Below, piece after piece: positions 48,316 to 58,278 of a stretch of 64,000 bases of DNA. The stretch lies in contig CAZAOO010000013.1 in assembly GCA_964486815.1 (NCBI GenBank), forward strand, positions 9,965-73,964, written 5' to 3'. Both the position numbers and the translations under genes were made by a program. The stretch's first letter is position 1; the number at the start of each line of letters is the position of its first letter. This stretch comes from an uncultured Thiotrichales bacterium (lineage in GTDB: Bacteria > Pseudomonadota > Gammaproteobacteria > UBA4575). The notes below the pieces were generated by a model. That model ran no database searches. It worked only from the letters and a program-made list of their open reading frames with translations, and had not been told where the DNA came from.

Positions 48316-48935
48316 TAGGTGCGCCTCTCTAGACTGAAAAATAGTTATTGTTTTAATAGAAAATTTTGAACAAGCAGTTTTAGCTTATTCTTAAATTTAA
48401 ACGGATTATAGCTAACCTGAGCAACAAACATAACTGCTAATTTTATACTTTTAGCTGCATGAATCATTTGTGAAATCATGCATTTATGCCAAATCTACAC
48501 CGTTGTTAGCTGTTGCTAAAAAACATCTCTAGCTGGTTATTGGTTATATATTAGCAAATTCCATAGCTATGGAATTAAAGATTTTTTGTGTCTTAAATTA
48601 ATGATTTTATATGCACAAATATTTTTATAGTAATTTAACTTTAAATATAGTTTTTATGGAAATTTAGATCCCAAAATACCATATACCTTATGATAAATGA
48701 GGTTTTTTAAAAGCATATAGCATCCTTGCTTGATGCCTAGAGAGTGAAAGTCACTACTATAATTTTACTTACTTTAAGTGAAAATGCCGTAATCTGAATA
48801 TGAATAACCATTTAATTTTTGCGATTGTGACTCTATTCATAACAAATATTTGCTTCTCAAGTTATAAGCTGAGGTGGAAAGAGCTAGTATTAAAACAAGT
48901 TAAACGATGTATTTAAAATAAAGTAATAAATAGTT

Positions 48936-50192
48936 ATGAATGCGCATTCAGTACTAAGGCTAATCCCAGATTATTTTGCGACAGACATAAAGCACTTTGC
49001 GAAAAAATATTATCGGAAACCAACTATTAAACTTGCGCAATTAAAGCGTAAGAAATTGAGTCATGTACAGTTTATTGGAATAACAGGCAGTTCTGGCAAA
49101 ACTACAACTAAAGAGCTAGCGCACTCAATTTTATCGAGAAAATTTGAAACCTGTAAGAGTGATGACACTAATAATCAAGTGTATTCAGTTGCACGTACAC
49201 TTTTAAGTTTAAATAGTGAGACAATAGTTTGCGTGCATGAGCTTGGTATTTCGCAAAATGAAGATTTTTCGCATTCCGTAAAGTTGTTAAGTCCAAAAAT
49301 TGGCGTCGTATTGAATATTGGTCAAGAGCATTACAAAGCTTTCCGTGGTCGAGAGCATGTTGCATTGGAAAAATCTAAACTTATCAATAATCTTCCTGAT
49401 GATGGCGTTGCAATTTTAAATGTGGACGATGTTCTATCTATTGGTATGGGGCAGTCTATAAATTGTAAAATATTTACTTTTGGTTGCAATCAAGAATGTG
49501 ATCTTCGAGCAATAAATGTTCGTAGTATTTGGCCTAATCGATTGCAGATGACGCTAAAATATAAAAATGAAACCGTTGATTGTAATACTCAACTTTGTGG
49601 TGAGTATTTAGTGTACTGCGTTTTGGCAGCAGTAGCCATTGGGTTAGTGCATGGAATATCTTTGAAAGAGGCTGCTTTATCCGTTCAATCTTTTCAGCCA
49701 TTTTTAGCGAGGATGATGCCGTATGAAACTTCATCTGGAATAATATTTATACGGGATGATTGGAAGGCGCCATACTGGTCTATCCAAGAGTCAATTAATT
49801 TTATTAAAAACGCAAAGGCTAAACGCAAAATAATAATAATAGGTACATTGTCTGATTTTAATGGTACGAGAAGTACTAAATATCGTAATGTTAGTAAAAA
49901 AGCTTTAGATGCTGCCGATTTTGTATTCTTTGTTGGCCCTAATGCCAATAAAGGTGTGCGTATAAAAGACGTACCAGAAAATAAATCTTTGCGAGCATTC
50001 TCAAGTACCAGGGAATTGTCTGTTCACTTAAAATCTTTGTTATCTAAAGGTGATCTAGTGCTTTTGAAGGGTTCTGGTAGTGATCATTTGGCTCGGTTAG
50101 CGTTAATGTATGAGAAAGATGTTAAGTGTTGGCGTGAAAGATGTGGTCGCAGTAATTTATGTGATAACTGCAAATTGCTGTCCATATCCTAA
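48936..50192 (+). CDS. Mur-ligase-family protein (MurF-like central + C-terminal domains only; C-terminal Cys4 cluster)
   Basis: 418 aa. P-loop QFIGITGSSGKTTTKEL. MurF-like …HELGISQNEDFSHSVKLLSPKIGVVLNIGQEHYKAF…. No UDP-binding N-domain. C-terminus CWRERCGRSNLCDNC. Confidence 0.7.
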   Translation: MNAHSVLRLIPDYFATDIKHFAKKYYRKPTIKLAQLKRKKLSHVQFIGITGSSGKTTTKELAHSILSRKFETCKSDDTNNQVYSVARTLLSLNSETIVCVHELGISQNEDFSHSVKLLSPKIGVVLNIGQEHYKAFRGREHVALEKSKLINNLPDDGVAILNVDDVLSIGMGQSINCKIFTFGCNQECDLRAINVRSIWPNRLQMTLKYKNETVDCNTQLCGEYLVYCVLAAVAIGLVHGISLKEAALSVQSFQPFLARMMPYETSSGIIFIRDDWKAPYWSIQESINFIKNAKAKRKIIIIGTLSDFNGTRSTKYRNVSKKALDAADFVFFVGPNANKGVRIKDVPENKSLRAFSSTRELSVHLKSLLSKGDLVLLKGSGSDHLARLALMYEKDVKCWRERCGRSNLCDNCKLLSIS

Positions 50193-50195
50193 GAA

Positions 50196-50924
50196 TTGAA
50201 AACAATGAATATGAAATCCAAACGCTCTATGGTTAAACGTATACGAGAGCGATTCCGTTATGGGTTAGCGCTGCAAGAAGTGATCGATGTTTTGCAGCGA
50301 AGATTTAATATTTTGGTATACCCATACTATATTGTTTCCGAAACCTTGAATGAGAATTACGTGCCTAATTATGAGGATGTGCCACCTTTTAGTATTCGAT
50401 ATCTTAAAATAATTGATATGGAATCAGTTGTGAAAATTAGGCCATGGATGTCTACTCTTGCTAAGCTTCAGTCAGATATACAACTATATAACTGTCTAGG
50501 GATTATTGTTAATGATCAGTTGGCTGGAACAACTTGGAGTCGTGATGACGTGATCCCTGTTCCTAATAGCGGGCAACCATTGGTGGAGTTAGGTTCAGAT
50601 GAGGCGTATTTATTTGACGCATTTGTTGGGCGAGAGTTTCGAGGCTATCGGCTTGCACCTATTGTGCGGCATCAACTTTATTGCGAACTTGTGAAAATAG
50701 GGAAAACTCAGTTTTACAGTATCACGCTTGCCTTTAATAAATCATCGCGTCGGTTTAAAGCAAGACTGGGTGCTAGAGAAATAGAATTAAGGTTAATGGT
50801 AGGTATTGCAGGGTGGAGAGCAATAGATTTTCGATTGACTGCCAAAAATAATAATAAACTTACACCTAGATATAAGTTGCTGAAGCTTAAGAAAAAAATC
50901 ATAACGGCGCAAGATAAGGAATGA
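50196..50924 (+). CDS. GNAT-fold acyltransferase-like protein
   Basis: 242 aa. R-x-x-G-x-G/A-type CoA loop (REFRGYRLA). Confidence 0.4.
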   Translation: MKTMNMKSKRSMVKRIRERFRYGLALQEVIDVLQRRFNILVYPYYIVSETLNENYVPNYEDVPPFSIRYLKIIDMESVVKIRPWMSTLAKLQSDIQLYNCLGIIVNDQLAGTTWSRDDVIPVPNSGQPLVELGSDEAYLFDAFVGREFRGYRLAPIVRHQLYCELVKIGKTQFYSITLAFNKSSRRFKARLGAREIELRLMVGIAGWRAIDFRLTAKNNNKLTPRYKLLKLKKKIITAQDKE

Positions 50925-52096
50925 ATATTCTTATTTTAAACTATGAATTCCCTCCTGTAGGTGGTGGGGCAAGTTCCGCTAGTTATAATTTAGCAAAGCA
51001 GTTCGTAAAAGCGGGGCACAGTGTCGACGTGCTTACTTGCCGTGTTTCTGGGCAATCTAAGGTTGAGAATATTGAGGGAGTTATTGTTTATCGTGTATTA
51101 AGTATTAGAAAAGGCACTCATGAAGCAGGATTGTTAGGAGCGTTCTCGTATTTGGTAGCGGCTTTTTTAAAATTAAGGAAATTAATAAAATTAAAAAAAT
51201 ATCAATATGCAATATTCTTTTTTGCAGTACCAACTGGGCTTTTGTCATTATATTGGCATAAAAAAACAAACTCACCTTATATAATTTGTTTGCGTGGCTC
51301 AGATGTTCCCAGGTATGACCAAGATGCAAAATTAGTAAATTTTATTCACAGCAGTATTTATCCAATAACTAATCGAATATTGAAAAATGCTCACAAGGTG
51401 ATTGCAAATAGTTTGAGTTTGCGCTCTCTTGCCTTAAGCTCATTCCCCGATATACCTATTTCTGTCATTACGAATGGCGTTTCACATACAACATACAAGC
51501 CAAGTTCTTATGTGAATATTAATAATGAAGTTATCAATGCACTTTGCGTTGCCCGTTTGGTGAGACGGAAAGGTATAAATTTAATTTTGCATGCTCTTGA
51601 GCGCACTAATATACAAAATTTGCATATATGGGTTGTTGGTTCTGGCCCTGATGAGGAAAAATTACTACAACTTGCTAAGCAGCTGGGTGTCCAAGAGCGC
51701 GTTAAATTTATTGGGCAAGAGTTATCTGAGCAGTTAGCAGAATATTATGCAAAAGCAGATTTTCTTATTCATGCTGCATTAACTGAGTCATTTAGTATGA
51801 CGTTGTTAGAGGCCATGGCCAGTGGTTTGCCGATTATTGCAAGTGATGTTGGGGGTATTCCAGAGCTGGTGGAGGATAATATTAATGGAATTCTATTTCC
51901 TCCTAGTAATATCGATGCATTAAGTTCAGCAATTGTCACGATGTGTGAGCAAACCCAATTGCGTTTAAAGTTTTCTGAAAATAATCGAATGAAAATACTA
52001 GATAAGTACACATGGGAGCAGATAAGCACTCAATATTTAGAAAATTGCACAATTGATTCTAACAATAGTGATGAATATAGTTGTAATACTTGGTAA
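50921..52096 (+). CDS. glycosyltransferase family 4
   Basis: 391 aa. N-terminus ILNYEFPPVGGGASSASYNLAKQF. C-terminal GT-B EX7E region (…ESFSMTLLEAMASGLPIIASDVGG…). Confidence 0.8.
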   Translation: MNILILNYEFPPVGGGASSASYNLAKQFVKAGHSVDVLTCRVSGQSKVENIEGVIVYRVLSIRKGTHEAGLLGAFSYLVAAFLKLRKLIKLKKYQYAIFFFAVPTGLLSLYWHKKTNSPYIICLRGSDVPRYDQDAKLVNFIHSSIYPITNRILKNAHKVIANSLSLRSLALSSFPDIPISVITNGVSHTTYKPSSYVNINNEVINALCVARLVRRKGINLILHALERTNIQNLHIWVVGSGPDEEKLLQLAKQLGVQERVKFIGQELSEQLAEYYAKADFLIHAALTESFSMTLLEAMASGLPIIASDVGGIPELVEDNINGILFPPSNIDALSSAIVTMCEQTQLRLKFSENNRMKILDKYTWEQISTQYLENCTIDSNNSDEYSCNTW

Positions 52097-53376
52097 TGAA
52101 GTTAGGGAGCACACTCAAGGTTGGGATTAAGTTAGCAAGTCTGTCTCGTAGTCAATGGTGGGATTATCGTAAAATTAATCATTATCAAGAAAAAAAACTG
52201 ACAAGCATGCTTCGTTATGCGGTTACACATGTTCCTTATTATTCTTCATTAAATATCAGCCCAGAATCTATTACTTCTGTTGATGACTTGAAGCGTTTTC
52301 CTGTCTTAAAAAAATCTATGGTCCAAGACTTTGGCGATGATTTGATATCAAATCGCTATGCTAGAAATGACTTGCTTTTCTCTAGAACGTCAGGAAGTAC
52401 TGGCGAACCAACAACGACTTACTTCGATGAGGATTGCTGGCTAACAACTAAATACGCTCTGAAAATAAGAAGGATGGTTGCTAACCAGGTGGGTGCGTTT
52501 AAGCATGTGATCATCATTAGTGAATTAAATAATGACGAAATACATAATTCTCAATCTTTAGCTTTTGCGAATGTGTTTTTTAAGAAAACTATGTTATCCA
52601 TTCATCAGCCTATTCAAGAGCATTTGCCGTATTTAATTGAAAATAAGGTAGATGCTATATATGGCTTCCCATCTTATTTTGATGAATTGATGCATTACTG
52701 CGATGCAAATAGTATTAAGCTTTCACCAATTCCAATTATTTTCACTAGTTCAGAAGTATTGCGTTCAACGCTAAGGGAAAAGATTAAGAGATATTTTGGT
52801 GCACAGGTATGTGATATTTATGGCAGCACAGAATTTAAGGAAATAGCTTGGCAATGTTCTGAAGGGAACTATCATTTAAATTTTGAATCAATTTGGATTG
52901 AAAATCATTATGTAGATAATGATGTAAATAACCATCGTACTTTACAAACAAGTTTGCTTAATAAGGCTATGCCACTTATACGTTATGAGATTGGTGACTT
53001 TGGTAAGCTTGAAAGAATATTTTGTAAATGTGGAAGGCAGTCACCAGTACTAGAGTCAATTTCAGGACGTGAAATTGATATAATTCAGTTACCTGACGAT
53101 AGAAGAATTTCTCCTTATCTTCTTACTACGGTGATCGAAGCTAATGATGTAATCAGCATGTATCAAATCATACAGGTAGAAAATGATCAGTTAGAGATTA
53201 TTTATGTAACCAACAATAGCAAAATGCAAAATGAATATAGTTTTGAATCAACTATTGAGAAATTGAAGTATATCACTGGCTCATCTGTGGCAATCGATTT
53301 CCGTGAAGTTGATTGTATAGATCGTGCATTTTCAGGCAAGCATAAAATTTTCATTAAAGCATCTAAAGAAGGTTGA
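52090..53376 (+). CDS. CapK / phenylacetate-CoA-ligase-like adenylate-forming enzyme
   Basis: 428 aa. AMP-binding motif SRTSGSTGEPTTTYF. PaaK/F390-synthetase-like architecture. Confidence 0.7.
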   Translation: MVMKLGSTLKVGIKLASLSRSQWWDYRKINHYQEKKLTSMLRYAVTHVPYYSSLNISPESITSVDDLKRFPVLKKSMVQDFGDDLISNRYARNDLLFSRTSGSTGEPTTTYFDEDCWLTTKYALKIRRMVANQVGAFKHVIIISELNNDEIHNSQSLAFANVFFKKTMLSIHQPIQEHLPYLIENKVDAIYGFPSYFDELMHYCDANSIKLSPIPIIFTSSEVLRSTLREKIKRYFGAQVCDIYGSTEFKEIAWQCSEGNYHLNFESIWIENHYVDNDVNNHRTLQTSLLNKAMPLIRYEIGDFGKLERIFCKCGRQSPVLESISGREIDIIQLPDDRRISPYLLTTVIEANDVISMYQIIQVENDQLEIIYVTNNSKMQNEYSFESTIEKLKYITGSSVAIDFREVDCIDRAFSGKHKIFIKASKEG

Positions 53377-54506
53377 GTTTGGCGTCATTTACTTGTGAAG
53401 TCATTGAAACAATTAAAGACATTGCTCCTAAAGAGTGGGATAAAGTTGTTGGAGATTCAATAGCAATTCGACATTCAATACTGAATTGTTATGAGGCTAG
53501 CAGTATCTATAAAAATAATCATAGATATTTTTTGTTATTTGATGAAGAAAAAAATTTGCAGGCCGTTGCAGTAACATTATTGGTTAATAATAAGTTTGAC
53601 TTAGGATACGAAAATCTCATCCTAGGAAGACTTACGAAGACAGCACCTATTTTGCGAAACTGTTTTCGGCCTGTGTTGATATGCGGCCTGATTCGAGGTC
53701 CAGGTGCACCGATTGTTGTTTGTTCTAAAATTGAACAAGCTAAATGGGAGTCGATTATATTGGATGCGATGGAAGAATACTCAAGCCTACATAAGTTATC
53801 CATAGCATTTTCTAATTTACTAAATGAGCAGGAAAATCTTTTTAAGGAATTAAAAGAACGTAGCTATTACCATGCGCTATGTGCACCGGAAGCAATAATT
53901 AAAATCACTTGGAAAGATCAAGAGTCTTATCTGAAATATTTACGAAGTATAAGTAAAAATTACCATAAGTGCGCAAAAAAAGAGATTGCTCGATTTCGTA
54001 AATCAGGCATGACGATAACAGAATGGGATGGTAGAAATGAGCGATCGATCTACAATCTATTAAAAGATCATCATTACAGGAAAAATAGTTATAAGTATGA
54101 TCTGCCGTCAAACTTTCTTTCTATATTAAGAAGTGAAACAAATGAATTTTTCTGCATATATGTGGCGAAAAAGGAATCTAAAATAGTCGGTGTGTTCATT
54201 GTATTAATAGGTGAAAAAGTAGCAATTAGTTGGAAAATTGGAATTGATCATGATTTAGATGAGGGTGGCCGCAGCTACTTTAATTTAAACTTTTATAATT
54301 TTTTAATTCAGGCTCCAGCTTTAAATATAGAAAAAATATATTATGGAAATGGTGTACTAAATGCGAAAAAACGTAGAGGGTGTGAAATTGAATTTACACA
54401 TTTTTTCTATAAGCCTAAGAATTTCTTATGGGTGCCTATTGTAAGAATATTGTTTTTAATTCAAAAAATATGGTACCAGAGAAAATTTTTACCCTACACC
54501 TTTTAG
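53373..54506 (+). CDS. FemAB-like (Acetyltransf_6 / BioF2-like GNAT) aminoacyl-transferase-type protein, paralog 1
   Basis: 377 aa. Conserved …YHKCAKKEIARFRKSGMTITEWDG… and …GNGVLNAKKRRGCE… blocks shared with the next gene. Confidence 0.6.
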   Translation: MSLASFTCEVIETIKDIAPKEWDKVVGDSIAIRHSILNCYEASSIYKNNHRYFLLFDEEKNLQAVAVTLLVNNKFDLGYENLILGRLTKTAPILRNCFRPVLICGLIRGPGAPIVVCSKIEQAKWESIILDAMEEYSSLHKLSIAFSNLLNEQENLFKELKERSYYHALCAPEAIIKITWKDQESYLKYLRSISKNYHKCAKKEIARFRKSGMTITEWDGRNERSIYNLLKDHHYRKNSYKYDLPSNFLSILRSETNEFFCIYVAKKESKIVGVFIVLIGEKVAISWKIGIDHDLDEGGRSYFNLNFYNFLIQAPALNIEKIYYGNGVLNAKKRRGCEIEFTHFFYKPKNFLWVPIVRILFLIQKIWYQRKFLPYTF

Positions 54507-54510
54507 CTTT

Positions 54511-55650
54511 ATGAGTATGAAAACTTATTATTCTGAAGTTATCAGGTCAATAGGTGAGGTTGGCTCCATGGAATGGAATCAAGTTATTGATGAAGCAGTA
54601 TCTATTAGTCATGAAGTGTTTGAGTTTGCAGAATGTAATTCAACATATGGTGACAAAGTGCGATATTTTTTACTACGAGACAAAAACCAATGCCTAAGTG
54701 CGGTTTCAATCGCGCTATGTATAGATAAGGAATCAGAGTTTGGTGTAGAGGGTGTGATGTTTGGGCGATTGGTTGAGCGAGTAAGGTTTCTTAATAATAG
54801 TTTGCGCCCAGCATTAATTTGTGGATTGGTTGGCCATGGCGCCCCTGTGATGACATGGCCTGGTGAAAATCAAGCGTTTTGGGTTGAACGTGTTTTAGAT
54901 GTTATGGAGATATATGCAAAAGAGCATAAATATTCAATTGGATTTGCAGGGATTTTGTCTGAACAAAAAACATTAAACAATGCGTTAGAGCGGCGAGGTT
55001 ATTGTCATGCTTATGGATTGCCGGAGACAAAAATTAAAGTCGAATGGCATGATGAAGATTTCTATCTTAAAAGTATTCGAAACATAAATAAAAATTATTA
55101 TAAGTGTGCGAAGAAGGAAATTAATAGATTTCGAAAATCAGGTATTTCAATACAGAAATGGAATGGAAATAATGCGCAAGCAGTATCTAATTTGTTGAAG
55201 GATCATCATAATGAGAGGAATAAATTAAAGTCTGAAATTACTCCAGAAAGCTTGTTAGATCTTAAGTTTAAACTTAAAGATAATTGCCAGATATATCTGG
55301 CTATAAAAGAGGAAGAAATAATAGGGGTAGCTGTATTATTAAAGAAAGGCAGTACTGCTAGAGCATGGAAGATAGGAGTTGATCATATTGCTGATGAAAA
55401 TAGTTTTACCTATTTTAATTTAGCCTATTACCATTTATTGAGTAATGCGCCGAAATTTAATTTAAAAACTGTTTGGTATGGTAATGCAGCTCTGAATGCA
55501 AAAATCAGGAGAGGTTGCAAGGTGGATTGCACGGATTTTTACTATAAGCCTAAAGAAATGCATTGGAAACTGATCTTCTATATTTTATTTGCGTTACAGC
55601 GCTATTGGTATCACAAGAAGTTCTCTTCTTACTTAAATAGTACCGTGTAA
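54511..55650 (+). CDS. FemAB-like (Acetyltransf_6) protein, paralog 2
   Basis: 379 aa. Collinear similarity to 53373-54506 (…YYKCAKKEINRFRKSGISIQKWNG…, …GNAALNAKIRRGCK…). Confidence 0.6.
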   Translation: MSMKTYYSEVIRSIGEVGSMEWNQVIDEAVSISHEVFEFAECNSTYGDKVRYFLLRDKNQCLSAVSIALCIDKESEFGVEGVMFGRLVERVRFLNNSLRPALICGLVGHGAPVMTWPGENQAFWVERVLDVMEIYAKEHKYSIGFAGILSEQKTLNNALERRGYCHAYGLPETKIKVEWHDEDFYLKSIRNINKNYYKCAKKEINRFRKSGISIQKWNGNNAQAVSNLLKDHHNERNKLKSEITPESLLDLKFKLKDNCQIYLAIKEEEIIGVAVLLKKGSTARAWKIGVDHIADENSFTYFNLAYYHLLSNAPKFNLKTVWYGNAALNAKIRRGCKVDCTDFYYKPKEMHWKLIFYILFALQRYWYHKKFSSYLNSTV

Positions 55651-55673
55651 CTAGATCATCAAAACAATAAATT

Positions 55674-56825
55674 GTGAAAATTTTACTCACTAGTTGTACT
55701 TTAAATTCTTCTTTATTGGTACTGCGTACATTGGTGCGAAATGGGCACGAAGTTATAGCGGCAGATGACCGTTTACTACCTTTTGGATTGCATAGTAGAT
55801 TCGTTTCGCGCTATGAGCTTTTGCCTAATTGGCGTGAGTCAAATTATGGTGACGAACTTTTGCGTTTAGTTGAGGGGTGTCGGCCTGATGTAGTATTGCC
55901 GATTTCGGGTGCGGAAATTGTTAGTAGAGATCTCGATAAATTCAAACTATTAACAAATGCTCAAGTTCCAGATTATGATTCCTTTGTTGCTGTAAATGAC
56001 AAAAAAAATATATTAAAACAATGTAGAAAATTTTCAATTCCTCATTCATTGCTAATAGATGGCATAGATCTCGCTAAGGAAAAATTATTAAACAATGATG
56101 TTGTAGCAGTTGTTATTAAGCCGTGTGAGAATTTTGGTGGGGGAGTAGGTATACAAATAGTTTCAAATGCTAAGGAGGTGTACAAAATATATCATGATGT
56201 TGAAGAGAGCTTTGGTGAATGTTTTATCTGCGAATATGTGCCTGGTCCTGATGCAAATAATTATTCCATGCAAATGGTATTTGATAGTAATAATAAACCA
56301 ATTTGCCAATTTGCATTTCAAAAATTACGTATAAGCCCATTGAGAACTGGGGTGACCGCCGTCGCGATCAGTAGAAAAATTCCAGAACTAGTAGAATTAG
56401 TGATGCCTATGCTGAAACAGCTTAAATGGCGAGGGCCATTGGATTTTGATCTTAAAATGGATTCGAGAGATTTGCGGTTAAAAGTTATTGAGGTGAACGC
56501 GAGGTTTTCTGGTGCAGTAGGATTCGCGCTTGGTTGTGGAATCGATATGCCAGAATTAACTTGCCAGGCCGCAATGGGAAATAGAATTGTTCCATTGGAT
56601 GAAAATAATTATGTTGAAGATGTGAAGTATTGGAACCCACAGCAATATATTCGTAGTGTATTTCAAGAGTGGCACGAAAGTTCGCATCGAATTTCAACAC
56701 TTCGAGGAGCGATAAAGGAAATTAAGAAGCCGCGCGTTGGGAGCCCCTATGATTTAACTGACCCTGCACCGCTTTTGGGGAAAGTGTTGCATCAAATAAA
56801 AAACAAGGTTGCAAAGAGTAATTGA
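55674..56825 (+). CDS. ATP-grasp family ligase
   Basis: 383 aa. Pre-ATP-grasp Rossmann region. ATP-grasp core (…VVIKPCENFGGGVGIQIV…, …LKVIEVNARFSG…). Confidence 0.65.
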   Translation: MKILLTSCTLNSSLLVLRTLVRNGHEVIAADDRLLPFGLHSRFVSRYELLPNWRESNYGDELLRLVEGCRPDVVLPISGAEIVSRDLDKFKLLTNAQVPDYDSFVAVNDKKNILKQCRKFSIPHSLLIDGIDLAKEKLLNNDVVAVVIKPCENFGGGVGIQIVSNAKEVYKIYHDVEESFGECFICEYVPGPDANNYSMQMVFDSNNKPICQFAFQKLRISPLRTGVTAVAISRKIPELVELVMPMLKQLKWRGPLDFDLKMDSRDLRLKVIEVNARFSGAVGFALGCGIDMPELTCQAAMGNRIVPLDENNYVEDVKYWNPQQYIRSVFQEWHESSHRISTLRGAIKEIKKPRVGSPYDLTDPAPLLGKVLHQIKNKVAKSN

Positions 56826-56832
56826 GTAAATT

Positions 56833-58263
56833 ATGGAAATAGAACGTAGAATTTTCCGTAATACATTCGTTATGACAGTTGGGCAAGGTATTGTGCAATT
56901 GGTTAATCTATGTTTTGTGATCTATTTTGCTCGTGTATTTGGTGCAGGCACATTAGGTGATTACTCTTTTGCTATGGCGATAGGGGCTTTATGCAGTATT
57001 TTTGTAAGTTTGGGGACTCATTCTTTAGCAATAAAGAGTATTAGTCAGGATATAGCTACAGAGATTAAAATAATAGGTTCATTAATACCATTTGAGATAA
57101 TTACTGGGTCAATTATTTTTATATCAGTTTTTGTGTTTTTAGAGTTTGTGCCAATAGGTAATAGATTATACGCGATGATACTTCTGATACTCGCGTACAA
57201 TATAATTATCAAATGGACAGATTTATTGTGTACGCGTTTTCAGGCGCGTGAAAAAATGGGTTATGTTGCATACGCAGATGTAATTAGGCAAATCTTACGA
57301 GTAACGTTTGGGTTTCTTCTGATATGGCAGTTAAATGATCCTGTTGCGGCTATTGGTGTTTTCCCGGTTTGCGCGTTGTTTGTATTAATATGGATGATGT
57401 ATGCAACTACAAAGCAATATGGCGCAATGCCATTGAGTATTAACTTGAGAGCTTTTAAAGAGCTTGTTATTAAAGCCTGGCCCTATGGTTCGTTGATATT
57501 GATGGGAATTCTATATGAGCGTTTGGGGATCATTTTTTTAACTTTCATGCACTCTGAAGTAACAGTTGGCTACTTTACTATGGCAGAAAGATTGGTTGTA
57601 GCGTTGGGAATCATCCATGCAATGTTTATTAGCTCGATATTTCCTGCGATGACGAGGTTGGTTGCGCATGAGAAAAAAATCATGCCGGTACTAGCGGTTC
57701 GTTGTTTGCGATTAGTGCTTGTTTTTGTTTTGCCTGCTGCATCTTTATTGTTTTTATTAAGTGATGAAGTTATTGCGGTTCTTTATGGAGATGAATTTGA
57801 TCAATCTGTAATTATTTTACAAATTGTATCTTGGGTACTTGTATTCAGAGGTCTAAATTCTTATTTGTCTATGTTAGCTATTGCTGAGGACAATCAATCG
57901 TATTTATCAAAAATTAAATTTTCTGCGCTTTTGTTTTTTGTTGTTATTTCAGTGCCTCTAGTATATCTGGAGAGTGCAGAGGGTTTGTCATACTCAATAT
58001 TGCTTTCAGAGATATTTTTAAGTGCTCTATTGTTGTTGTTGTTCAGGAAAGCTTCTTATTTCTTAGGGTTGATAGCTATAATGTGGAGGACGCTTCTAGT
58101 TTGTGTGGTACTAATTGCTGTAGGAATGACTTTTATAGAGCAGCCATTATTTTACCGGCTTGTAATTTTGTCTGTAACACTTGTGGTAGCAATGATATCA
58201 ATGGGCGCTATTAAATATCATGACTTGAGGTTTTTGAGAGATATATTATTTGATAGTAAATAA
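56833..58263 (+). CDS. MOP-superfamily oligosaccharide/lipid-linked precursor flippase (Wzx-like)
   Basis: 476 aa, about 12-14 TM. Polysacc_synt-type N-terminus. Confidence 0.7.
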   Translation: MEIERRIFRNTFVMTVGQGIVQLVNLCFVIYFARVFGAGTLGDYSFAMAIGALCSIFVSLGTHSLAIKSISQDIATEIKIIGSLIPFEIITGSIIFISVFVFLEFVPIGNRLYAMILLILAYNIIIKWTDLLCTRFQAREKMGYVAYADVIRQILRVTFGFLLIWQLNDPVAAIGVFPVCALFVLIWMMYATTKQYGAMPLSINLRAFKELVIKAWPYGSLILMGILYERLGIIFLTFMHSEVTVGYFTMAERLVVALGIIHAMFISSIFPAMTRLVAHEKKIMPVLAVRCLRLVLVFVLPAASLLFLLSDEVIAVLYGDEFDQSVIILQIVSWVLVFRGLNSYLSMLAIAEDNQSYLSKIKFSALLFFVVISVPLVYLESAEGLSYSILLSEIFLSALLLLLFRKASYFLGLIAIMWRTLLVCVVLIAVGMTFIEQPLFYRLVILSVTLVVAMISMGAIKYHDLRFLRDILFDSK

Positions 58264-58278
58264 TACTGATCAGATGAG

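Noticed and set aside
48316-48935. ops/JUMPstart element (GGCGGTAG) expected upstream of polysaccharide operons
   Set aside because: Motif not present in the leader.
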